From the sequence record PP496438.1: DNA of 64,000 nt; one strand, written 5' to 3'. The position numbers and the translations under genes were made by a program. Position 1 is the stretch's first letter. Every line of letters starts with the position of its first letter. Below are positions 1 through 7,828 of the stretch, in pieces. The notes under the pieces were generated by a model that saw only the letters and a program-made list of their open reading frames with translations, ran no database searches and was not told the origin of the DNA.

Positions 1-3
1 GAC

Positions 4-399
4 GTGATCAAAGAACTCAATGCCATGAAGGCGTACATTTATCACAAGAAAGGGTTGATCGGTGGGCGACTCCCAGAACCCACATTGCTGTTGCGAGCGA
101 TAACCGGTGACTTGATCTCGAATGCCGTGCGTGACCCATTCTTCAGTGGCAGTCGGTTTGATCAGACGTGCAGCGATACCCGACTACGGTTCAATGCCCA
201 GCATGCCAAGGCACCGGAAGGTTCAGTGAAAGAGCTGGCTGCGAAGTACGGGGTGTCGATCAGTGAGGTGCGCCGGTTGAAAGCTGCGGGCCAACTGCAT
301 ACCCTCGGCCAGTCAGCCGAACCACAACCAGACAATGTGGCTGCCGATGAACAAAAGGTAGCCCAAACTAAAGCCCTGCTTGAGAGCTTATTGCCATGA
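4..399 (+). CDS. Hypothetical protein with C-terminal helix-turn-helix-like segment
   Basis: 131-aa ORF; VKELAAKYGVSISEVRRLK fits an HTH pattern; stop overlaps next start (ATGA). True start may lie upstream of the window. Confidence 0.55.
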   Translation: MIKELNAMKAYIYHKKGLIGGRLPEPTLLLRAITGDLISNAVRDPFFSGSRFDQTCSDTRLRFNAQHAKAPEGSVKELAAKYGVSISEVRRLKAAGQLHTLGQSAEPQPDNVAADEQKVAQTKALLESLLP

Positions 400-1415
400 C
401 AGATGCAACGTTGGACACGTACGGTGACCTGCTGGTCGAAAACGCCACCAAGATCGTTGCTGATTTCTTGGAGAACGTGATCACTCCGGTTACACTGGCG
501 TTGGAGAAAGACTACCCGGCCAAGTTCAAAATCCTCAAGACCCGGCTGGCTCAAATGGCGGGCAGCGCAATGAGCCTCCCCGTAGCCGTTGTGGCAATGC
601 GTAACCTTCCGTTCTACGTGTTGCTGAGTTCACCGCGTCAGGTAAGTCACATCATCACTCTTGCCAAAGCCATGATGCCCGAAGGATTGCCGTTGAAGGC
701 TCTCGGGGCCAAGTACCACGAAGACGTTATTACCGCTTTGACTAGGGTACTGGTTGAACGTGGTGTAGGTGATATGTTTCTCGGCAATCGAATAGCTGAT
801 CTGCCCAAGTCGCCGGTAACGGAAACCGAGCGAAAGGAAGATCCATTCGCCAACGTAGATCACGACTCCGATCACGTGCACGAATTGAGCGAGATGCTGT
901 CCCCGGCGGGCGCCCCGTGGTATATCTCTAACGACCGGATCAAAGCCGACCGTAAGGACGCAGGCGGTGCGATGGACGCCGCTATGGTGATGGTTAGCGA
1001 GCGCCACGCCAAACGCCACCTGGTCGAGCTGGTGAACGCTGCGCTGCTATTCAAGCCGCCGGTCAAACATCCGTACCCTATCTCGGAGTATTCAGCCGAG
1101 GATTGGTGGGTAAAAGAGATTGAGGGGATTGCGTCTTCACTGGTGCCGCTTACTTCAGATCAATACCGCGCCATCCACATTGCCCGTAACTTCGCCCGTC
1201 TGGTGTTCGACACAATCGAGGCACCGAGCGAAGACGATGTGGTGTATCAGTACCGTTCGCGATGGAAAGCGGAAGACTCTTGGAGCGAATGGCATACCAC
1301 GACGAAGGCTAGCTTCGACACTATTAAGGTCACGTGGGGTCACATGACTGACCGTTACGAGTTCCGTCTTTTGCGAGTTATCCCGGAGGTGTCAGATGTA
1401 CCGCAGCGCAGTTAA
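396..1415 (+). CDS. Hypothetical protein (339 aa)
   Basis: Long ORF translationally coupled to the upstream gene by ATGA overlap; no recognisable motif. Confidence 0.75.
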   Translation: MTDATLDTYGDLLVENATKIVADFLENVITPVTLALEKDYPAKFKILKTRLAQMAGSAMSLPVAVVAMRNLPFYVLLSSPRQVSHIITLAKAMMPEGLPLKALGAKYHEDVITALTRVLVERGVGDMFLGNRIADLPKSPVTETERKEDPFANVDHDSDHVHELSEMLSPAGAPWYISNDRIKADRKDAGGAMDAAMVMVSERHAKRHLVELVNAALLFKPPVKHPYPISEYSAEDWWVKEIEGIASSLVPLTSDQYRAIHIARNFARLVFDTIEAPSEDDVVYQYRSRWKAEDSWSEWHTTTKASFDTIKVTWGHMTDRYEFRLLRVIPEVSDVPQRS

Positions 1416-1566
1416 GTATAAAGACCACGGGTATCTTGCGCCGGGTAGCCGTGCGTTCGAACTCTACCACGACAAGTCCGACAAAGGTCACAAGTTGCTG
1501 GATCAGCACATGGCCGAGGTGGATGCCGCGTGGCGCAAACTGGAGGGGCGCAAGAATGGAAAGTAA
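1396..1566 (+). CDS. Small hypothetical protein, 56 aa (MYRSAVKYKDHGYLAPGSRAFELYHDKSDKGHKLLDQHMAEVDAAWRKLEGRKNGK); absent from the ORF track
   Basis: Hand-translated; strong SD GGAGGTG 4 nt upstream of ATG1396; fills the gap between two + strand genes and overlaps both. Confidence 0.7.
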   Translation: MYRSAVKYKDHGYLAPGSRAFELYHDKSDKGHKLLDQHMAEVDAAWRKLEGRKNGK

Positions 1567-2008
1567 ATGGGTACGGGTCAAGTCCAGCCTGCTCACTTCA
1601 TTGATGGTCATTCTGATTATATCAGGGTACTACATGTTCAAGGAAGGTCAGATCCGAAGCGAAAAGGTGATGCGATATGCTTCGATGGTGGACACTAGCG
1701 CAGACTCCACCCGGTCCAAGTCCAACTACTCGTACAACACGTCTGGTTACTTCCGCGACGAAGAGACCAACGCGTTCTTTCGCGATGACATCTCGGATAG
1801 GCTGTACCGGCAGTTCGAGGCTGGAGGCAACAAGCCTATTCGTATGAGCTGGCCCTACAGCATCGACAAGCGGGAAGAGACCAGCATCGGCTTCTTCTAT
1901 ATGATGGGTGGGGTGATGTTAGAGGCCATCGCGATACTCCTACTCATCCATCTGACCATGGTGGCGTGGGCCAAGCACGTACGGGAGCGCAAACCTGATG
2001 TGGATTGA
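1556..2008 (+). CDS. Membrane protein, two predicted TM helices flanking a soluble domain
   Basis: Likely start ATG1556 (SD GGAGG) inside track ORF 1436..2008; hydrophobic stretches SLLTSLMVILIISGYYMF and IGFFYMMGGVMLEAIAILLLIHL. Confidence 0.65.
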   Translation: MESKWVRVKSSLLTSLMVILIISGYYMFKEGQIRSEKVMRYASMVDTSADSTRSKSNYSYNTSGYFRDEETNAFFRDDISDRLYRQFEAGGNKPIRMSWPYSIDKREETSIGFFYMMGGVMLEAIAILLLIHLTMVAWAKHVRERKPDVD

Positions 2009-2381
2009 TTACGTCTGGGGTTACAAGCTATTTGGTGGTCTGTACGAAACAGTGCGGGTCAAGTTCCAGAGTGAAGAGATGGACAAACTGGATAACGTCT
2101 TCCTCAGTGAAACGGATGCCCGTAAAGCAGTCGAGACGTTGAACTACAAACGCATTCAAGGCGCCGTGACCTACTTGCACGCTCTCAACAAACTCGACAC
2201 CGAGTCGGTTCAAGGCGAGCAGGCGGTATACACTGTGACTGCAGGTTATGGTGAACCCGACGCGTGTATAGAAGGGTACGAAGATAGGTTGCTGCTCAGA
2301 ACCAAGACAGCATGCCTGATTCGCTTTGACCGCCGCATCACTCAGAACCCACGCAACATCTCATTTCCGGCTATCCTATGA
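1998..2381 (+). CDS. Hypothetical protein (127 aa)
   Basis: ORF overlapping both neighbours in a compact operon. Confidence 0.65.
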   Translation: MWIDYVWGYKLFGGLYETVRVKFQSEEMDKLDNVFLSETDARKAVETLNYKRIQGAVTYLHALNKLDTESVQGEQAVYTVTAGYGEPDACIEGYEDRLLLRTKTACLIRFDRRITQNPRNISFPAIL

Positions 2382-2929
2382 ACATCAAAGAATTCAAGCG
2401 ACCGGCTGACCACATCTGGCGTGGTCACCCTATAACCCAAGAGCAATTCAGGATCATTATCGGTATTGCTCTTTCCAGAAACAGTCTGGAGAGTTACGAT
2501 AGTCTACGCGGGGACGTAGACTCCGAAGAGAAGTTCAATGCTGCGGTGGAAGAGGCGTTGGAAGCCAATGGGTGTCCGGTCCCTGAAGGTCAGGGTGAGT
2601 GGACTCTGGAAATTCCACCAGAGGTACTGGAAGCTCACGCCAACGCAGACTGTCAGGACCGTCGTTGGTTATCCGATCAGCACAAGGAGAACGGTAACTA
2701 CGGCAGTATCTGTTACGTTTGTAAAACAGAATTCGTCGGCAGTAAGAACCGAAATGCGTGTAAGCTCTGCCACGATATGCTTCGTGAGATGAAGCAGCGT
2801 CGGGACTTCGAGTTCCATGCCAAGGAGAACTTGGGTCTTAGCATTCACCGCCTTGCCACTGGCGACTATCAATCATTCGGTGCCCAGATGGCGTGGGACA
2901 CATGGCAATATCTGAGGGCTCAGCAATGA
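2378..2929 (+). CDS. Hypothetical protein with CxxC-x12-CxxC zinc-finger-like motif
   Basis: CYVCKTEFVGSKNRNACKLC; ATGA overlaps at both ends. Confidence 0.65.
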   Translation: MNIKEFKRPADHIWRGHPITQEQFRIIIGIALSRNSLESYDSLRGDVDSEEKFNAAVEEALEANGCPVPEGQGEWTLEIPPEVLEAHANADCQDRRWLSDQHKENGNYGSICYVCKTEFVGSKNRNACKLCHDMLREMKQRRDFEFHAKENLGLSIHRLATGDYQSFGAQMAWDTWQYLRAQQ

Positions 2930-3330
2930 CCGACAACAAAGATCCAGTAGTTGAAGACCGTGACTATCAACAACCTGTCAACGTCGGCACTGTAGGTCAC
3001 GTTGATAACCGGAACAGAGTAGGTATCCTCGGTGGTGGATCGTATCGCCGCAGTCTAGGGCTGGCCGTACTGGCGATTGCAGCTGCCTCTGCTGGTGCGT
3101 TCTCAACTTCACTTCCGCCTATGGTAGAACGTGAGGTAGGGCCTTCCCGCCGACGTAAACCGGAACGCATGGTACCTCGGGTGCTGCCCAAACAGTGGTA
3201 CATGGACACTGGCGGTCACTACAAGAAGACCCCGGTGACCGAGGACGATCATGCGGCCGTCTCAGCCGCCGAAGCCAAGCGCCAACGGAAAGCTAAGAAG
3301 CTTGCCGCTGCCCAATCTAAGGAGTCTTGA
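2926..3330 (+). CDS. Small protein carrying an EF-Tu N-terminal-like motif (PVNVGTVGHVD), a hydrophobic helix and a basic C-terminus
   Basis: Start ATG2926 coupled to upstream stop; motif compared from memory with EF-Tu KPHVNVGTIGHVDHGKT. Confidence 0.65.
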   Translation: MTDNKDPVVEDRDYQQPVNVGTVGHVDNRNRVGILGGGSYRRSLGLAVLAIAAASAGAFSTSLPPMVEREVGPSRRRKPERMVPRVLPKQWYMDTGGHYKKTPVTEDDHAAVSAAEAKRQRKAKKLAAAQSKES

Positions 3331-3332
3331 TC

Positions 3333-3761
3333 ATGGCACCGCAAAAGAAAGCCAAGCCTGCACCCAAGAAGACAGTCCCCGGTCGAGACGATGGCAAGTT
3401 CGTCGCTCGGCTAGGCGCCCTCCGTGATCTGGTTGCCGCACGGGCCAAGGAACAAGGCGTCAGCATGAACACGTGGCTGGTCAGTGCGGCTGCGCAGGTC
3501 CTTGGCGTGGAAAAGGATGAAGACGGTAATCAGTTGCTCCTCCCTCACCTCGGGCAGGGCCAGCCTCCGTTAGTGCCGGGCATGATGGTGCGCAACAAGA
3601 AGGCACCGTATCAGGTGTTCCAGATCAACACGTTCTCCATCAGCCGCTCCGTTGAATCAGCGAAGCAGGTAGATCAGCGACCGTTCATCAAGGTGTATGG
3701 TATCGATCTTAAAACCGGTAAGGGTGTCTCGGCATCGTTGAACGACGTGCAGGTGGTGTGA
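3333..3761 (+). CDS. Arc/HicB-type ribbon-helix-helix DNA-binding protein with C-terminal beta-rich (SH3-like) domain
   Basis: GKFVARLGALRDLVAARAKEQGVSMNTWLVSAA matches the RHH consensus; SD AAGGAG 8 nt upstream of ATG3333. Confidence 0.65.
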   Translation: MAPQKKAKPAPKKTVPGRDDGKFVARLGALRDLVAARAKEQGVSMNTWLVSAAAQVLGVEKDEDGNQLLLPHLGQGQPPLVPGMMVRNKKAPYQVFQINTFSISRSVESAKQVDQRPFIKVYGIDLKTGKGVSASLNDVQVV

Positions 3762-3762
3762 C

Positions 3763-4035
3763 GTGGGTAATCGGGCAGACGCATATCGCCAGCTCAATAC
3801 AGATATGACCAATACGTTGAACCGTCGCCAGCGTCTTGACCGAACCGTAGACATCCTGTTGCGATCTCTCGGGGTGGAAGATGATGCCGCCGACAAGATG
3901 TTGGACGAAGTACAGGCGTGTGACTTCCGGTCGCTGGGTAGACTCCTGCAAGAGAAGTTCCCGGACAGCCCGGATATCGAGTGGTGTCTGAAGACGCATC
4001 AAGGTTACGACACCATTCAAGTTGAGAAGTCCTAA
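3763..4035 (+). CDS. Hypothetical protein (90 aa)
   Basis: GTG start with AGGTGG upstream; fills the gap in the operon. Confidence 0.55.
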   Translation: MGNRADAYRQLNTDMTNTLNRRQRLDRTVDILLRSLGVEDDAADKMLDEVQACDFRSLGRLLQEKFPDSPDIEWCLKTHQGYDTIQVEKS

Positions 4036-4073
4036 TTACTGACTGATGATTCAACTCACTCAGGAAGACAGTT

Positions 4074-4754
4074 ATGACCATTTTACTCTCGAAGTATGTT
4101 GTCACCACGCCGATGACCGCTAAGGTAGTTAAGGGTAAGAACATTGCCCTTACGGTCAAGGGTGACGAGGCATGCGCTCGTTGCGCTGAGTTCATCTCGG
4201 TCAATGCTGACGGTGAACTAGATCTGTTTGCCCCGACCCATGGCGCAGCCACCGAGTCGGTACACAGAACCCGTACCGAGCTGATGGAAGCAGAGTACTG
4301 GTCGTTGGATTCTGCTGCTCACCACTGGCTGCGTCTGGCGATGACCGTCAAGTGCGTCAACCAAGGCGGCCGTGTCGTTATCGGCCAGTGCCACGTGGAA
4401 GACAGCAACAACCCGCTGATCAAGATCTTTTGGGACAAGGAGTCCATCAAGATTGGTTTCCGTGAAAAAGAAACCGAAGAGCCAGTGACCACCACGGTGT
4501 GCCGTGGCGTAGAACTGGGGCAGCGTTTCACCTTGGCGCTGCACATCACCAAGGCGGGTAGCGTCTCGCTGAACGTGTCGGTGGATGGCAAGAAGTACAA
4601 CTTCACGGAAAAGATGGATCCAACGTGGAAAGACTTCGAGTTCAACTTCCATGCCGGCCTGTACAACCAGCTGGACTACTCGGACAAGATCCCTACCACT
4701 GACTGCTCCCGTGCGACCATCCACACGCTGGACGTAGACCACGACGCAGCCTAA
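4074..4754 (+). CDS. Polysaccharide lyase family 7 (alginate lyase-like)
   Basis: Three PL7 motifs in order: RTELME (R[S/T]ELRE), VIGQCH (QIH), FNFHAGLYNQ (YFKAGxYxQ); correct size; SD AGGA; no signal peptide. Confidence 0.8.
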   Translation: MTILLSKYVVTTPMTAKVVKGKNIALTVKGDEACARCAEFISVNADGELDLFAPTHGAATESVHRTRTELMEAEYWSLDSAAHHWLRLAMTVKCVNQGGRVVIGQCHVEDSNNPLIKIFWDKESIKIGFREKETEEPVTTTVCRGVELGQRFTLALHITKAGSVSLNVSVDGKKYNFTEKMDPTWKDFEFNFHAGLYNQLDYSDKIPTTDCSRATIHTLDVDHDAA

Positions 4755-4852
4755 GCCCCACCAGCCGCCGCAGGCTGAATGATCCACTAGTGACATGGGC
4801 CATCGGTCCGGTTATCCACTAGCGTTCAGCCTGCGAGCGTATACGCGCCCAC

Positions 4853-4900
4853 AAAAAAAGCCCCACCATCCGGTCAAGTGCCGAGTGAGTGGGGCTTTTT
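4853..4900. terminator. Bidirectional intrinsic terminator at a convergent gene junction
   Basis: AAAAAAAGCCCCAC-22 nt-GTGGGGCTTTTT between the + lyase gene and the - fibre gene. Confidence 0.75.
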
Positions 4901-4904
4901 CGTC

Positions 4905-7751
4905 TTACATGGTTACCAGAGTTACGAAACGGTTGGACATTGCGCGAGCTGTCAACAGAGTTGCCAACAGTCCGGTGTCTGCCCGATACTTCAACACCAC
5001 CTTGTACACTTTGCCCGGTGTCAGACCAGTCGCCACGTATTCCCAAGAGCAAGTAGCGGCAGTCGCCGAGTAGCAGCTTCTGTCGTCACTGGCCGCGAGC
5101 ACAACCGTAGCACCTTCGGTCATTGTAAAACTGACCCGAGTACCTGCTGCACACTGAGCCCCGAAGGTGACCCTGATAATCCCGGACAGCCCACACGTTA
5201 TCTGCGCAGTCGGTCCTACCGTGGTCAGATCCACGAAGCCCACACTGAGAGTAGCCTCAGATGTATTTAGTGAAGCATTGACCAGTGAGGTGCTATTCGG
5301 TGGAATAGCGTACGTACCATCTCCCTTGAGGAACTTGCCGGTATCAGCAATCTTTGGTGCAGGAACCAGACCATGCTTGCCCCCAGTGGTTGCAGTAGAT
5401 CCCACCATGTCTGCCAGTCCGGCTAGTACGTTCGCCATGAAGGTGTCACTGTCCTTGACCGACATCAGGCTACGTCCGTAGTCCGTGGTCAGGAATGCCT
5501 TAACCGAACTTGCCAGTGCGTCCCCCATGAGCACAGCGTTCTCAGGAAGGGCCAAGGCTGAGATGTTGCTAAGAACGGTAGCCTTGGCTTGATATCCCGA
5601 CAAATCTGGGGGCGCCACAACGGGTTGCCCACCTTCCAGCTCCACTGTGGTTACCTTGATGGCGTTATCCGGCAGTGCAGGCTCCGTGAACAGCCCATTG
5701 GTTTCCGTACCTTTGCGCAGCTTGAACGTACCCGTCGTGTCCGCGTAGATCAAATCAATCCGTTGCTGACTGGTACCTGCTGCGGCAATCGTGAACGTCA
5801 CCGAGGTACCGTTGATGGTGTAGGTGTTCCCTTTTATTCGCCATTGAATCTGAGTGCCGCTGCGCAGCGTCAGGGTCACGTTCAATCCCGTCTGTGTGAC
5901 TTCCAGCGGAGTCAGCAATCCATCTGCCAGCCCGGCTTTCAACGCCAATGCCTGCGTGATGGTGTCCAGCGCTTGCTGCACCGTCTTGGGAATCGGCTTG
6001 TCAGCATCTGCCGTGTTGTCCACGTGGTCCAATCCGATGTTCGCACGCACCTGAGCTTTCTGGGCGTCAGCCAAGGTCTGAGCATTATACCGAACCAGCT
6101 CGGTGATTCCCAGATTGGTACGTACCTGTGCACGCTGCTCCGCAGTGAACACCTGATCGGCATCATACCGGAGGAAGTACCCGGTCAGCAGATCACGCAG
6201 CGACGGGCTGTCACCCAACCCCAACATCTTCAGTCCGAAATCGCTGTAAGGTATGTTGACGTTGCTGCCGTCCAGCTTGAAGCCTAGAATCGTGGCGGGT
6301 GTTGTCCCCATTTTGGCGAGCGCATCCAGCACGTTACTCTTGGCTTGGAATCCCGACAGGTCCGGGGGCGTAACCATCGGCTGCGCACCCTCTACGTATA
6401 CCGAGGTGATCCGAATAGTGCTGGCGGGTACAGCAGGTTCCACGGCGGTGACATTGGATTCCACGCCTTTGAGGACGTGCACAGTGCCGGTCGTATCCCC
6501 GTACAGAAGATCGTATCTCTGCATGCCAACGGCCGACGCATCCAAGACAAAGGATACTGAAGGTGTAGGGGACGTGTAGGTAACTCCGTCGATCCGCCAT
6601 TGTAGGTTACCTCCATTGTCACTTGCCAACCCGATAAGCAGGCCATTGCTGCTGGTAGCTATCGGAGTCAGTAATCCATCCTGAAGGTCTGCCTTCCCGT
6701 CCAGCAAGGCGAGGATGTGGGACAACTGATGCAGGACCGAGGTGGGGATCGGCTTGTCGATGTCCGCTGTATTATCTACTTTGTCGAGGTGCAAGTCAGC
6801 CAGTGTTACAGCGCCTGTCAGCCCATTGATCGATGCGACGACCAGACTGTCCTTGAGCCGGTCCCACCCTTCCCCGTTGGAGATAATCCAATCCCCAATC
6901 TGCCAGTCCTTGTTGCCGTCGATACTGGTAGATCCCGCCACCTTGACGATGTAATACAGACCCTTGTTCGCTGTGCTAGCCGCAGGCATGGCTGGCAAGT
7001 TCTTATCCGCATCCCACGTCCCCGCGTACCGCAGGCTACCGAGAATGGATTCCGGAAGATAGGATAGGTCGATCTTACGATTGCTATCCAGTGGCACCAG
7101 CCCACCTGACTGACCCAGCAGAAGAGCGTCCAACTTGGCGTCCAAAGCCATCTGTTGCGGTAGGGATACAGGCTTCTGAGAATCGGGGATATTGCTTACG
7201 TGTTCCAGGCCCACGGCGGCGGGGGTCAGCACATCTAGCAGACGGTCGCCCCGAATGTACTGCCGGAAGGTACCCAACGGGATCAGGGAGCTGATATCTG
7301 GTGCTGTCACCTTACCCAAGTCCGCGAGGGTTCCGTCGGTGTACATCACCATCAGGTTACCCGCAGCATTGATCATCGATGTGGAGATACCCCGTCCGGC
7401 AGACCCTTTGACCGTGCCCGCATATTCCTGATCCCCGTTGGCATAGGTGATCAACAAGCGACCGTCAGAAGTCACCTGAGTTTTCTGTACCACCTTACCC
7501 GTGGTATCACTACCGGCATCCGAGGTGAGTTGATCCTGTGCTGTCAGGAAGGCCTCGTAGCTGGTCATCAAAGAAGGACGTGAGCAGATCAACAGATTAC
7601 GGTTGACCAACTTGGCGAGTTCTTTCCAGTTCTTGTCAACAACTGCTAAAGACACGTAGTACCACTCGTCTACGCGCATGCGTTTTCCATTGACCTGTAC
7701 GTCTTGCTTCACATTCGGAAATTTCCGGAAGCCTACTAATACGTTATCCAT
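4905..7751 (-). CDS. Virion fibre/spike-like structural protein with internal duplication
   Basis: About 948 aa (ATG7751, SD AGGTG); VDNTADxDKPIP fibre motifs; about 150-aa module duplicated at 756-nt spacing; N-terminus homologous to the neighbouring spike. Confidence 0.65.
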   Translation of the reverse strand: MDNVLVGFRKFPNVKQDVQVNGKRMRVDEWYYVSLAVVDKNWKELAKLVNRNLLICSRPSLMTSYEAFLTAQDQLTSDAGSDTTGKVVQKTQVTSDGRLLITYANGDQEYAGTVKGSAGRGISTSMINAAGNLMVMYTDGTLADLGKVTAPDISSLIPLGTFRQYIRGDRLLDVLTPAAVGLEHVSNIPDSQKPVSLPQQMALDAKLDALLLGQSGGLVPLDSNRKIDLSYLPESILGSLRYAGTWDADKNLPAMPAASTANKGLYYIVKVAGSTSIDGNKDWQIGDWIISNGEGWDRLKDSLVVASINGLTGAVTLADLHLDKVDNTADIDKPIPTSVLHQLSHILALLDGKADLQDGLLTPIATSSNGLLIGLASDNGGNLQWRIDGVTYTSPTPSVSFVLDASAVGMQRYDLLYGDTTGTVHVLKGVESNVTAVEPAVPASTIRITSVYVEGAQPMVTPPDLSGFQAKSNVLDALAKMGTTPATILGFKLDGSNVNIPYSDFGLKMLGLGDSPSLRDLLTGYFLRYDADQVFTAEQRAQVRTNLGITELVRYNAQTLADAQKAQVRANIGLDHVDNTADADKPIPKTVQQALDTITQALALKAGLADGLLTPLEVTQTGLNVTLTLRSGTQIQWRIKGNTYTINGTSVTFTIAAAGTSQQRIDLIYADTTGTFKLRKGTETNGLFTEPALPDNAIKVTTVELEGGQPVVAPPDLSGYQAKATVLSNISALALPENAVLMGDALASSVKAFLTTDYGRSLMSVKDSDTFMANVLAGLADMVGSTATTGGKHGLVPAPKIADTGKFLKGDGTYAIPPNSTSLVNASLNTSEATLSVGFVDLTTVGPTAQITCGLSGIIRVTFGAQCAAGTRVSFTMTEGATVVLAASDDRSCYSATAATCSWEYVATGLTPGKVYKVVLKYRADTGLLATLLTARAMSNRFVTLVTM

Positions 7752-7779
7752 TATACGCACCTATAACCGGATTGAAGAT

Positions 7780-7812
7780 AAAAAACGGGGAACCAGTTTA
7801 AGGGTTCCCCGT
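7780..7812 (-). terminator. Intrinsic terminator
   Basis: 10-bp stem ACGGGGAACC/GGTTCCCCGT followed by a U-tract on the - strand, just after the 7829 stop. Confidence 0.7.
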
Positions 7813-7828
7813 GGGACTCAGATTAAGG

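Noticed and set aside
1441-1470. GTTCGAA resembling a tRNA T-loop
   Set aside because: No cloverleaf can be built, and the segment lies inside a well-supported small ORF.
4812-4820. DnaA-box-like TTATCCACT
   Set aside because: Single 8/9 match with no cluster or AT-rich unwinding element.
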